From Octopus bimaculoides (taxonomy: Eukaryota), in the NCBI RefSeq assembly GCF_001194135.2, contig NC_068992.1, positions 66,323,655 to 66,387,654 of the forward strand: a stretch of 64,000 bases of DNA. The letters run 5' to 3'. Position 1 is the first letter of the stretch. The number at the start of each line of letters is the position of its first letter. Made by a program: the position numbers and the translations under genes. This document shows, piece by piece, positions 50,200-63,718 of this stretch. Under the pieces are notes generated by a model. The model was not told the origin of the DNA and ran no database searches. It saw only the letters and a list, made by a program, of their open reading frames with translations.

Positions 50200-50459
50200 T
50201 ATTTTTTTTTTTTGTGCAGGTGGCACATGATATGCACCATTTTGAGCGTGGCCATTGCCAGTACCGCCTGACTGGCCTTCGTGCGGGTGACACATAAAAG
50301 CACCCACTACACTCTCTGAGTGGTTGGCGTTAGGAAGGGCATCCAGCTGTAGAAACTCTGCCAAATCAGATTGGAGCCTGGTGTAGCCATCTGGTTTCAC
50401 CAGTCCTCAGTCAAATCGTCCAACCCATGCTAGCATGGAAAGCGGACGTTAAACGACGA
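50200..50459 (+). mobile_element. Young (GAT)n-tail SINE family copy, longer 5' part
   Basis: Same 3' body as 33171-33330 and 58384-58566. Older copies at ~2020-2150, 10975-11110, 13040-13200, 14692-14930, 29215-29450, 42410-42860, 43330-43530, 43720-43890, 57400-57850. Confidence 0.85.
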
Positions 50460-50468
50460 CACGATATA

Positions 50469-50509
<41 letters not shown>

Positions 50510-53500
50510 CTTGAAAAATAATGGATTGTTCTGACTGGCTATTTATAACAATTCTTCAGAGAACACTTACATGCCTCTTCACTCACTAGGCAATTAAAGC
50601 ATGACAGTGTTAAAAAATCCACTTCCCAACTAGATAGTTTTGAGTTCAGTCCCACTGTATGGCACCTTGAGCAGCTGTCTTGTACTACTGTTCGAAGTTA
50701 ACTAAAGCTTTTAAGTGGATTTTGTAGACGGAAAAGAAGCCAATTGTTTGGTGCATATATGTATGAGATCTTATGTTTCATATTCTGGTTGAAAACATTA
50801 TTTTGTACACTAACTATTCTCTGAGATATTATTTGATATATTAATCTTATGCAGGTAAAACTCTGTTCATAGTTTTGACTAAGATGGTGACAGAACTGTC
50901 TACGCACATTTTGTTATTGAGTGACCTGCAGCCCCTATGCAGTAGCTCAACATTCTAAAAATGGCTGCCAAATTTCCTTTAAAAAGAAAAAGAGAATCCA
51001 TTAGACTCATCTTAGATACACTAAGTCTGAATTTAAAAAAAAAATAAAAAAAAATGGTCTTGTCTAGAATGCCTCTGATTATATATCTATTGCAACAGAT
51101 CTGACCAGCACTAATAGTCCAGGTGATGAATTTTGGTGGAGCTTGTCATCAAATATTTCTGCTTGGTTGTTAGTCTATTGCAGGTAATGTTTTTTGCTCA
51201 AATAATTGGAAGTTTATACTGTCAGACAAATAGTACCACTTGCCAATTTTTACTGTTCTTTGGTAGTTTACAGCAATGAATTATTATACCTGCCTGCAGC
51301 ATCTAAATGGTGGTTTCTGTTGTTAAGAGTTAAGTTTCTAGGCCACAGACATAAACTAGTGTCAAGGATAAATGAAGTAAGCAGACAAGTGAGTGTCTGC
51401 TTACTTGGATTGTTTTCTCATGAACACCACATGGTACTGTGGTCTAGACACATGTTTGTTGTTGTGGTTGTTGGCTACGTCACTACATGTTGATTTTCGA
51501 ACATATGGTTCGTTATTGCCTACATGACCACATGTTGCTGCTGTTAAAACACAAGTTTATTTTTGTGATGGTTGGCTACATGTTGCTACATGGATACAAG
51601 TTGTTCTGTATTGCACTGGAAACCTTTTTTTTTTATTTTAGTTAATCAGGAATCTCTTGTGAGAAAAGAAAATGCTCTTCTCATATTGTTGTTCAACCCC
51701 AGGTTAAACTCGATTAAATAGACCTATGGTTGAAGGATTTCAGTCATGACTACCTCTACATATCTTTTTAAGAGTATGTCTCAGAGTACAAGGTGGTAAG
51801 GTGTAATTTGAGGGAGATTTTGTTGCTCTTTCTAGCCAGTTGAGCTGCTATATAGAAGCTTTTTCGTTACCTCATTAATCTATTCTCATTGAAGTCAACA
51901 GCATAATTTTCTTCATTCTCCCCACCTCTCCTTCCCCTCTCTCTTTCTCTCTGGAAAACAAAAAAAAAACAAAGAAAGAAACAGTTCTTTATTGTATTTA
52001 ATCTAAACCAACACTGTACTTTAAGAAAATAGCTCAGCATTTGTGATTGTTATCTCGTTTTTGTGGCTCCTGTTCATCCATTTTTCAAGTTGTCTTTAGA
52101 TAGAAGTCTCTCGTGTGGAAAGAATTATTGCGCATACACGTGTTTGTGTATATGTGTGTGTATTTATATGAAAATGTATGTATGTTTATATTTGCTTCAC
52201 ATATAACACACACATAAACTCTTTGATGCTAAGGAAGAACTAGAAAGAAGTGAGGTAGAAAAAGTCTGTTTCAATACTTTGATAACTTAACATTCTGATT
52301 TCTTTAGAATTTTCTGCACCATTTTATTTTCTTTGTACCTGTTTATCTTGGGTATTTTGGAGCTATTCAGCTACCAAAGAACTCGTTCTTTGCTCTATAG
52401 TTTCAGCATTATGATGCCATATACATTGTTTAGTTTTTTTTTTTTGTTTTTTTTTACTAGAATAAGGTATCTTTATACTTTTAATACACTGGTTACCAGT
52501 TTTCTTATTTAGGAAAAGAGAAAAAAAAATTTAAATAACAAATTCTCAAGTGTTGTAAAAGATATTTTCAAGAAGAAAGGAAATTGTAAATTCTAATCCT
52601 TTATCTTCTGTACTCAAAAATTAATATTGTTTTTTTTTGAGATTAGTATTACGCCATAAATACTTGGGATGGAGGTATATTTGACTGAGTTGAGCCTTAG
52701 TACTTGCCTATACAATTTAATACTGCATCTGCTTTTCATACATTTATTGCCTGGCATAATTGCTAGAAATCATTGTTAGCTTGAGCCTTTGAAGGAAACC
52801 TCTGTGCAGCTGTTCAACCTGACTGAAATTGCAGCCAAAGCTCCCTCAAAGCACACCTATATCTGTGCATAGATATTGTACCTAAGTATCTAAATCTTCC
52901 TTCCTTCCTTTATTTAGGTACGATGTTTATTTATTTTAATATAATCATTGCATATTTTGATTCAGTATTTAGATATATCCACAGACTACATTTCTAGCAG
53001 TTTGATCTGGATTAGAACTTGAAATCTTTATTTTTTTACTAAAAAGCCTAACAGATAGCAACATTGTTAACCTTTCATTAGAACTAAAGGTTCCTCAGTG
53101 AAATCCAGTCAAAGACTATGTAGACATACCCATGGCTGTGTACCCCTGATAACAAGATCAAACTGATTGAAATGTAGAGGAGATGTAAATATTAAAATAG
53201 TTTTTATGTCCAAAGATGAAGTTCATCAATAGTCTGAAAAATTATAATTTTACTAACAAACATATCATCTCCGATATTTAAATCTTTGTCTTAATTTCAC
53301 AAATTATATCTTAAATTTCTTAAGGTATAGCTTGAAAATAACATTTTAATTCAAAATGTTTCCTTGTAAATAAATCAATATCTTCATTGTTATTGCAGCG
53401 TTAGAACATGTCTTTGATTTCATCATCATCATCATCATCATCTTTGTTGTTGTTCTTATTGATATTCCTATTGCTATTGTAGCTTTTATTTTTATTAGCA

Positions 53501-54568
53501 ATTTCATGTTATTATACTTGCTCAAAACATTTTGGAGTGACTTGGTTTAAATTTTAATTTTTGCTACTTATTGTACGATTTCTGTGTATGCTTTGGGTAC
53601 ATAATTTCTCTATATGCATTGGGCAGGTGCATTATTTTCATTTCATTTTCTATTTCCTATTGTATTGAAAATATTTTATTTGTGCAATACTTCATGATAT
53701 TATATTTTGCTTAAGGGTGGCAAGCTGACAGAATTGTTAGCACACCAGGCAAGATGCTTAGTGTCATTTTGCCTTCCCCTTTTCGTCCATTACCTTTTCC
53801 GGTGTATGTTGGTACCAAGCAACCATAACCTCATATCCATACTTACAGCATAGTAGCCAGTGGAGGTTTTCGGCTACTTTGTCATGTCTATGCTTCTACT
53901 CTATTTGCGCAAGACTTTCACAAGCACTAACAATGCAAGTCTCACTTTCGACTCTCTTCCCACACATTCTGCAGAGGTCCGATGCACTTGAATGGTATAT
54001 ATTCTTTTTCACTGAGTTGGTATTCAATGCCTGGGCCACATTGATTAGGCTTTCAGTATTCTGGCCGCGATGAAAGGATTATTTAATAACAATCAAAAGA
54101 AATTATTATTATATTTTATTACTTAAAGCAGAGTGATAGAAACATCAGAGCACCATAAACTATCTTTAAAAAATTATTGAAGTTAAATCCTGCTGAGGTC
54201 AACTTTAGTGGATTTGATCAAATAAATTCTAGTTAAAACAGTAATTTAGTAACTATTGTAATCTAGTAATACAGGAATCTGGTTACTATAGCAACTAAGT
54301 TTGGTTTAGTTGAGAAACTTGTGTAATTTTAGGAATGTTAAAACTCACTAAATATATTTACTAACAATAAAAGGAAAGATCTTTTGTGCCACTAACATTA
54401 ATATTTGATTGGGCCAACTATTTAGAAGCCATTAATGTAATGTCATTAAAAGAAAGCAGGGGAGAGCTTGACCACTGAATGACCCCAAACAAAGAACTAT
54501 TTTTAGATTAAATCATTGATATTTGTATTAAAGAGAATGACATTATCCAGATGGTGTTGGCTGGGGAC

Positions 54569-54624
<56 letters not shown>

Positions 54625-55325
54625 GGTGGGTAGGTGGGTGGTGGTGGTGGATAGTGTGTCAACAAAACAAGCAGAATTCTTGCTCTTATCTGGAAGATTA
54701 ACAAAGGTTTAGGCTTGGAGATGATCTATACTGGTTGATTTATACTCATTAAACAGATGGTGGTGGTGTTGTTTTAATCATGTCTATGAATAATTATTTT
54801 ATGTACTTTATGTTAAATATTTCAATATACCCCCAAATTATATAGTTGTATATTTTATATGAAACAAACATAAAAGCAAAGAAGTGACTATATTTTCAGT
54901 GTCTCATCATTGAACAGCTAGATGGCCCTTAACATTTATCTGTTGTTTTATCATTTCAAATTATATTAGGAATATAATTGAGTTAGTATTTATTACCTTA
55001 TCATGTCAGCTTAAATAATGCTTCATATCTCAGGAAGATTTTTAATCAATTTTACCAATATTTCGAACAACACATAAATGCTGATGGTTAAAAAAATATT
55101 CAGCTTTGTTTCTCTTTCTTTGTTTTTTCTCTTTCTTTCTTTTTTTTTTTTCATGCAAATTAAAAGCACAAGTTCAATTCTTTTTCTTAGACTTTGTGAT
55201 TTGGCAATCAGTATGTTAACCAACAGTCAGTATGTGGTTCAGAATTTACTGTTTGATCTGGCACTCTTTATCTGACCCAGCTCTCTCTATGTGACCTGAC
55301 ATTCTGTATGTGATTCACTTCTCAA

Positions 55326-56790
55326 TCTTAATATATAAAGCTGAAGTTGTGTCTGTGTGAAGCCTTTTAAAAAATTTATAGAAATCCACATTTTCCACTT
55401 TTTCGTTAAAATTTTTACATCAATGGAATTTTCTCGATCTGAACTTTCCAGTAATTAGATTTTTAAAATTCCGTTTACTTTGTGTGATTTAAGGGAGATT
55501 TGGCTGTTGTTTCTAGCAACTTTTATATTTCTTCCCTTCTACCTTGGACAGCGTTCTTACACACGCGCTCAACAGAGAGAGAAAGTGATACATACAACGT
55601 CATAGATTAAACTTTCTTCTCAGTATTCTTTACCGATTTTTCATAACATTGATACGTAAAAACACACACGACCACACATACGTAATCTGTGACAACAACA
55701 TACACATTGCTCCCGTTCTCTATCTTACCCTCTNNNNNNNNNNNNNNNNNNNNNNNNNNNNNNNNNNNNNNNNNNNNNNNNNNNNNNNNNNNNNNNNNNN
55801 NNNNNNNNNNNNNNNNNNNNNNNNNNNNNNNNNNNNNNNNNNNNNNNNNNNNNNNNNNNNNNNNNNNNNNNNNNNNNNNNNNNNNNNNNNNNNNNNNNNN
55901 NNNNNNNNNNNNNNNTTGAAGGAAACAACTGCAGGTTATTTTTGAGAAGTGTTCCCAACTCGGTGGTGTTTCGGAGCAAGTCGTCCATATTTGTTTAATT
56001 TTTCTCTATTATGTGCGTAAGTGCATCCATAGATTTCTAATGAAGTAATAGTCAGTGAAGAGAAGCCGTCATAAGAAAACTTTTAACTACCTCTAGCCCT
56101 TTCTCCCCCTCTCCCTACCTCTTCCTCTCTTGCTCTCTCAAACGCATACACATGCAAGTACACAATCATTCAGTAAAATATAACTCATGTTCGTCGATAT
56201 TTTGTAAATATACCACGATTTTCACTAGGGTGTTAGGGTTAGGGTTTTAGGGTTAGGGTTTAGGGGTTATGGTTAGGATTAGTGTTACGGTTTTAGGGTT
56301 AGGGTTTTAGGGTTAGGGTTAGGGTTAGGTTTAGGATTAGGGTTGGGTAATCGTGCAGGTGTTAATCTGAAAAATTACAGATATGTGAAAAGTACAGACC
56401 CTGCTATCTATTATAACTTTTGTTGTTCTGTTTAATATATACATAGATTATGCCTCCAAAGAAAAGAGCTTGCTGGGGAAAGGAAGCAACCGGTTTAAAA
56501 TGACATTCCAGAAGCTACTTTGAACATAATGCAAAATGGTGCATCAACATCTGCCCAATCTGATAGAATTCTGGCAAAACTGTGTAGCAACAGATCACCA
56601 GCAATTGCTTCATCAGAAATTGCCGTCCTAGCTCCTGCGAAAAGGGATTACCCTGCAATGTATAATTTCATTCAAATTTTACACATGCCTTACTTAGGGT
56701 CCCGGTTGTGTTTTAGTAAAAAAAATGTTAACTTCTTGCATACTTCCAGCCCAGAGCAACATCATATCTCCTCCACTATTTAAGTATTAC
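55326..56790 (+). mobile_element. Probable Helitron-like element (5' end plus decayed N-terminal ORF); 3' end not found
   Basis: A|TC start tcttaatatataaagctgaagttgtgtctgtgtg at 55326, a Helitron-type 5' terminus. Acceptor-like atag then ATG at 56450 (MPPKKRAC...) and a downstream LCFSKKNVNFLHTSSPEQ segment loosely like the Helitron CCxxGKVxLP..PPEPL motif. No CTRR|T plus hairpin end seen. Confidence 0.4.
56225..56347 (+). repeat. Interstitial degenerate telomeric repeat (TTAGGG)n
   Basis: 11 perfect TTAGGG and about 8 variant hexamers, single orientation, with recurring TTAGGGTTAGGGTT 14-mers. Confidence 0.92.
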
Positions 56791-57306
56791 GTGTCAAAAG
56801 TGAAACAAAAACACTCATGTCATTTGAACCGGAATCTCAAAAACATTGTTATTATTAAATTTATGCATTTCTAATCAATTTTCTGTTTGGACATGTTTTT
56901 GTTGTTGTTGTCATTATCAAGTAATTTTTGTGTGTGTGTGTACGTGTGTGTTTTGTATTGCAGCAACAAATTGTATTGATCAGTTTAAAGTGTTGGAAAA
57001 ATGCAGAAATTCACCTTGTATAGTTACATCTGTCTTCAGCTAAAAATGTTACAACCATCATTGATAGAACCTAATGGAAGCCAATGTGTGAGATTTCAAC
57101 AAAAGTTGGTCTATTCAATGGATATAATGGGATAAGAAACAAATGTTAATTAAACAAATTGAAGAATGTCATTTGTTTAAAACGTGTCAGGAATTGAATG
57201 TTAACTGGTAATGGTTTATAGATTTCCAGTATTTTATAGACAGTTTTTGCCTGACACTTCAGCTCTGAGTCACTTGCCTATGTGACAAGACATATATATC
57301 TATCTA

Positions 57307-57347
<41 letters not shown>

Positions 57348-58383
57348 TATAGTATTATTATTTGTATTGTGTGTGTGCTGCATACAGGTGGTGCTGATAT
57401 GTCAGGCACAGCTTAGATTGCAGCTGTGGCAGATACTGGTGTCATGCAAATGGCACCCATGCCAGTGGCATGTAAGAGCACCTTTCGAGCATTGAGCCTC
57501 ATGGAGGTAAGGACCGAGACCATTTGGCATTATGCCGTGCTTTAAACATTGGGCCTCACGGAGGTAATTAGTGAATCTATTTGGCATTATGCTATTCTTG
57601 AGAAGACGACCCATCAAGCCAAGTAAAACTGCAGTTATGGCAGATACTGGTGTCATGCAAATGGCACCCATGCCGGTGGCACATAAAAGCACCCATTACA
57701 CTCTTGGAGTGGTTGGCGTTAGGAAGGGCATCCAGCTGTAGAAACCATGCCAAGACAGACTGGAGTTTGGTGCAGCCTCCCAGGTTGCCAGCCCTGGTCA
57801 AACTGTCCTACCCTTGCCACCATAGACAATGATGTTAAATGATGATGATGTTTTCATGCTATGAAATAAAATCAGTTAAACATTAATTTTCAAATTCCTT
57901 TGGGTTACAAGACAGGAGATAATTGTTGGAGAAGTTTTGCTTTCTTTTTGGAGTTGATATCTCCATAAACCTTCAGTATTTAACTCTAGAGCAGTTTTGA
58001 TTTCAGTGAATTAGTGATTATTAGTGATTATTTATGTCCGTTATAAAACACTACTAATTACACTGATGAGTTCGATATTCTTCCAGAAGGAATCTTTGTA
58101 CCTCTGTGACTTTGAATGCATTCAAAGTGTACCTAAACAAACAGAAGTTGTAAATCCTCTCACAATGATAAGTTAATGTCAACGAGATTTTGCAACTTTA
58201 GTAATAAAATTAGCAATGCTTTGGAAGAATGGGATTGACCTGGTTAAAGGGAACTCCTATTTTAAGAATGGGAGCAATTTTGTCTGGTTGAGTAAGTTTA
58301 TAGAGGTAGAATCGTTTGGTCTGAATGAGAAATAATTTCTTTTGGATATACCTTTTATCAGATGACCTTATGAATATTAATAT

Positions 58384-58524
58384 CTCTGAGTGGTTGGCGT
58401 TAGGAAGGGCATCCAGCTGTAGAAACTCTGCTAAATCAGACTGGAGCCTGGTGTTGCCATCCGGTTTCACCAGTCCTCAGTCAAATCGTCCAACCCATGC
58501 TAGCATGGAAAGCGGACGTTAAAC

Positions 58525-58566
<42 letters not shown>
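58384..58566 (+). mobile_element. Very young 5'-truncated (GAT)n-tail SINE copy with (GAT)14 tail
   Basis: 1 mismatch to the 33171-33330 copy over ~141 bp; tail 58525-58566. Confidence 0.85.
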
Positions 58567-58567
<1 letters not shown>

Positions 58568-58932
58568 GTTGAATGAATTTTCATCTAGTTTCTCTTTGTG
58601 TTTGTAGTTTCATGGAAATACAAAGTAATTTTAGTTATTCAGCTTCTTGTTGTTACCTGGTTTTTGCCCTGGAGTGAAATTGTTGGTTGACTGCATAACT
58701 GTGTTAGTATAACCACCTGTTGATTAGGTTAAATTTCAGGTGATTGTTCTGTACACTATGTCAGTGTGTCACAAGGTATAAGATATTGAACAATTGTTTC
58801 CAGCTAATGTTTTTAATAAGTCATAACAAACTCAACTTTATCAGATACTGCAATAATCAAGAACTAACATGCAAATATATGCAAATTGAGTTTTACTTCA
58901 ACATTAGCAATAATGATTTTAAAGAATATCAA

Positions 58933-58985
<53 letters not shown>

Positions 58986-58995
58986 NNNNNNNNNN

Positions 58996-59046
<51 letters not shown>

Positions 59047-60453
59047 TATACCCTTCAACTGCTTTCTTAGTGAATCTGGTTTAACCTTGAATAAATGCTG
59101 GACCTTTACCAATTAACTTTGCTAGACAATTAAATGTATACTTAGAATAGGACACACACACTCTTTCTCTCTCTCTCACTACACATTATTCTAACATCCA
59201 AGAAAAAATTCAACATGATGATCTTTCAATTAGTTACTCTTCTATTGCAACGCCTTCCATTCCACTAGACTTGCTAACTGTATTCCACTTTCAACTAAAT
59301 TTAATTCATTTGTCCTTCTTCCTTACATCACTTCCACTGTGTTTTGCCCCTCCCCTTAGTCTCTCAGATCACACCCTCTTCCTTTCTTTAGAAATCCCTT
59401 CTTATTATCCTTTCCTTCCAACAGTAAAAAAACTAAAACAATAAACTCTAACCTCTTTACACTCCTGTAAAGAAAGACTGAAAATGGCTGTGGGTGTTTA
59501 TTTCAGACACTTGTCTCCCTCCCTTTCTTACAACACTGTACTTTTCTCTCCTCAACTCTGTCCTAAACATATGGTTAAGAACCTTCCCCTCCACCACTAT
59601 CAAGAACCCCATCCCCCTCTGTATCCTTCTCTGCTTTCATATAAACAGAAAAACACCCCCCAAAACTTGCACCAATTAAAATGAAACAATATACACCAGC
59701 AACCCCATTTATTTATATCTACACCCCAAAGGAGGGTTTGATATGTCTATGGCGCTAGTCTTCTTATTAGTAAAAATATTTATCAAAGTTTAAGCTTGAC
59801 AACTTTTTTTGTCACTAATAATCTGTTTAGCAGTGTTGTAATCTAAATGTAAAGTCTATTATAATTACTGCATGAAAAGGTTTGTTATAATATTAATTGA
59901 ATTTGGCATGAAACAACTCCAAGCTGAAATGAAGTTTGTTTCATCTGATACAAGTCTTATCTTTGTCATATTTCAAACTAACATTAAGATAGTCATATTA
60001 TAATTCTTAATTTAAAAGTAAATTCCGGAGTTTATTGTTTTTAGTGAAGGAAAAAAAGTACTGTCTTAACATTAATGATAAAAATGATTAAATCTAGGGT
60101 AAGCATTTCAGACAAAAACTATTTATAGTTGTTCTTTGACAAACTATCATTTTAATTTTTCATATAGTATGGTTGAATGTATTTGCTAAAATAAACATGA
60201 AACGTCTATCCAACATAACATACTAAGTCTCCATTTGTTATTGTTGTGGCTGCCCTATTTGGTTCCTGTGTGGGTTGATGTGGAACACATTCAAAGCAAT
60301 TAACAATTTTACTTTGCTAATAGTCTATAACTGTAAAATAATGATAGCATACAGCCTTGAGAATAGTTGTCATATGCTTTGTTTATTTGTCTAAATACTG
60401 AGCATAGAATCATAAATGTTGACTACAAAAGAATTCTATTTCTGTAACAAATA

Positions 60454-60624
60454 TACATTATTTACATATTTACATTTGACATATTTGTCCTCATCTTGTT
60501 TGTTGTTAACACAGCATTTTGGCTGATATACCCTCCAGCCTTCATCAGGTGTCTTGGGGAAATTTCGAACCTGGGTTCTCATTCCTAAGGTATTTTTTCA
60601 ATGTTATTATTGTTATTATTATTA
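60454..60624 (-). mobile_element. Inverted copy of the same SINE's 3' tail directly upstream of its head
   Basis: Reverse complement of 60700-60874; minus strand reads gacac-ctgatga-aggctggagggtatatcagcc-aaaa-tgct-gtgtt at 60553-60508. Confidence 0.85.
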
Positions 60625-60632
60625 CTAATAAT

Positions 60633-60905
60633 GGCGTAGTGATTAAGAGCACGGGCTACTAAACCCAACATTCCGAGTTCAATTCCAGGCAGTGACCTGA
60701 ATAATAATAATAATAATAATAACAACAATAATATTAAAAAATACCTTAGGAACGAGAACCCAGGTTCAAAATTTCCCCAAGACACCTGAGGAATGCTGGA
60801 GGATATATCAGCTGAAACATTGTGTTAGCAACAAACAAGATGAGGACAAATATCCATCAAATGTAGATAATGTACACAATTCCTCATCTCTTAAATATAG
60901 AACTA
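60633..60905 (+). mobile_element. tRNA-headed SINE with internal (AAT)n and a Penelope-like tail containing a minimal hammerhead motif
   Basis: Head ggcgtagtgattaagagc (A-box) ... gagttcaattcc (B-box 60675-60686); (AAT)n 60700-60733; tail gacac-ctgagga-atgctg...cagct-gaaa-catt-gtgtt at 60781-60826. Confidence 0.8.
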
Positions 60906-62934
60906 CATTCTGTGACAAACTTTAGCCATCAGAAATTATTGACGTCCCTGTAGCAGCCACATATTCCCACATATTGGAGTCAATATAATTGACTAGTCCC
61001 TCCTCCTCCCTTAAATTGCTGACTTTGTACCAACATTTCCCCTACTATCTCTTTGTTATATTACACAATCCTCATATACTATGGTCAACATAGTTTTAGC
61101 CTGGCTTCAACAATGGGAACCAACTAGTGGTCAGTTGGTATGGGTGTGTGAGATCCTGAACAGTGTGCTCTACTCCATTTTAAAAAATATTCTTTCCATT
61201 CATTTTCAAAATTTTACTAAAATTCTGTATTAGATATACTTTCAGTGCAAGAAATTTATTAAGACTTCCCTGTAGAAAGAAACATTTGAACTATATGTTC
61301 CATTGTTTTACTTTCAGAGATAATGTGTTTAGGAAAATATAAATACCATCATTGATGATATAAAGTACACTTTTTGCTTCTTAAATTGGTGTGTTTGCAC
61401 AAGCAAGTAGGTTTAACAAAATAATAAAAGAAAAACAGTTCTAAATATTTACTCTCTCTCATTAATGCCACATATATGTTGTATATGTTGCTGAAGCAAT
61501 TGTTTCTACAGCTGGATGTTCTTTTCTCATAGCAACAACCATTCAGCAAGGAAGAGAAAGAGATTGGTGATATTTTTTCTTGCTAACTTACGTCAAATAA
61601 CAATGTTATGTAAGTTTTGTACAAAATATTTCTTGTGACCGAAAAAAATTGTTTTGTTAAAGAACCAGTAACCATGACTGTTTGGGTTACAGTACATGTA
61701 ATCAAGACAGTTAAGGTTCCCACAGATGGCTGTCTGCCCTTCTGTTGAAGGGTTTTTAACCCTATATGTTGTTAGTTATTATTAAAGCTGGAATCACATT
61801 TGAGACATGTCATTCATAGAAGACACATTTTTTCAGTAATTCTGTTTTCAACAGTTTTCAATAATTCTGTTTTATTTTAAATGTAAAAATATATAGATCA
61901 GTGTTTCTCATAGACTTTGTTTTTAGTTCAAATACTGAACATTGAAAGTGGGTGGGTCAGATAAATTGCTATGTTTCATAAAATTAAGATAGTTCCAACT
62001 TTTATAAACTTGTCCAACACCTTGGAAGAATTATGAGGATGCAAAATCTATTCTGTGATCTTATTAACAAAAGTGGGAAGGGTGTTAAAAATATTTCTAG
62101 GTGGTTGGGTAGGTCCTCCTGACTCATAGAGCTCGTTTCTCAGTTTCCATGGTGCATATATTACCCCCTGGTTGGGACACAAGTCCATTGCAAGATTACT
62201 CATTTTTGCCAGCTGAGTGTACTGGAGCAATGTGAAATAAAGTGTTTTGCTTAAGAACACAATGCTTTGCCTAGTCCAGGAATGGAAACCACATTCTTAG
62301 GTTCAAGGGACTCTGAAAATTACCTTTAAGAGATTATATAATCTTATAGGCTATATAAGGTCATGATAGCCTTCTTATTATTGTAAAGCATAAACCAATG
62401 TAATTGTTATGGAATATATGTAGCACAGTACCAAAGTTGTAGTTGCAAACAAATTTGTTTTCATAAATTTTATCTCTCGTGCCACAATGAGTGTGTGTGT
62501 GTGTGTGTTGCAGATAAAGAAGTGAACTAATGTGAGTGTGCATATAAATAAGAGGGTAGGAAGACCTCATTGAATGAATGTTGAAATGTTTTACGTCAAC
62601 TGGCTAGAAATTAACCCAGAAACAGTTGGTAATTAACAACTTAAACCTTATTCAGAATTTAATTATTTAGTTCTACTATTGTAGAATTCAGTAACTTGGT
62701 GTTGTGAGCTGAGACCAATTTAACTGTTAATGCCAGACATGTATAAAATGATTGTTATAAGACAACTTGAAGCATTTACTTTTAAATTTTAGAAGTTGTT
62801 CCTATTTTGTTGTTGACTAATAGAAAAAGGAAAGCAGAAGGCAAATAAAAACATAATTGTTATTTATTGTAATAACTCAGTCAAGTGGGATAAGTGCGTG
62901 TCTGGTCAGGGAGAATCATCAACTTTTGTTTTAA

Positions 62935-62968
<34 letters not shown>

Positions 62969-63419
62969 GCACAGGCATTGTTTTGTGGTTAAGAGAAGCT
63001 CACTTTGTAACTGTGTGGTTTTGGGTTTCAGGTGATATTGCATGGCTCTATGGACAAGTGACTGTTGCCCTAGGTCAACCAAAGTGTTGCGAGTGAATTT
63101 GGTAGATAGAGATTGTGTGGAAGTCCATTGTGCATATGTATGTATGTATGCATGTATGTGTGTATATATGTATGTGCATATACATGTATGTCTATATGTG
63201 TGTGTGTATATGTTTGTCTATATTTCTCCACACCTGATAACCGGTGTTGGTTTGTTTACATCCCCGGAATTTACTGATTTAGCAAAAGAGACCAATTGAA
63301 TAAGTATCAGTCTGAAAGAAAATAAATCCTGGAGTCAATTTTGTTTCATTAAGACCCTTCATGACAATATTCCCAGCATGGCCACAGTTCAGTGGCAAAA
63401 ACAAGTAAAAGATTATATA

Positions 63420-63687
63420 CAAAGTCTGATCAATAAGTATCCAGACTTTAGCATAAGCTTCTGAGCAGGTATTACCATGACAACTTTCTCTGTCATGGTC
63501 AATGTGACGATCACAAGCTATACACCTTCCTTCCAAGCACTGCTATAAACAGCAGAAGTGAGCTAGTATGTTAAAACTTTGTGCATATATACGGTAGAGT
63601 TCAAGGTCAATGTGTAGCAAACGGCTTCACTCTGTGTACTTTAGCTTCATTACTATGGCAACAGTCCGGATACTTATTGATCAAACC

Positions 63688-63690
<3 letters not shown>
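63420..63690. mobile_element. Tc1/mariner-type MITE
   Basis: TA + caaagtctgatcaataagtatccagact (63420-63447) vs agtccggatacttattgatcaaaccata + TA (63663-63690). The inner 21 bp of the TIRs have one mismatch; mariner-like TIR. Confidence 0.8.

Positions 63691-63715
<25 letters not shown>

Positions 63716-63718
<3 letters not shown>

Noticed and set aside
56225-56347. Chromosome end-to-end fusion scar
   Set aside because: Only one orientation is present, with no head-to-head TTAGGG/CCCTAA junction; the tract is short and degenerate.
58063-58110. CTGATGA as another hammerhead core
   Set aside because: No stem II followed by GAAA and no stem I complement nearby.
60633-60699. tRNA gene (also the A/B-box heads at 15158, 46932 and others)
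   Set aside because: No complete cloverleaf or acceptor stem, and each head continues into a multicopy SINE body.
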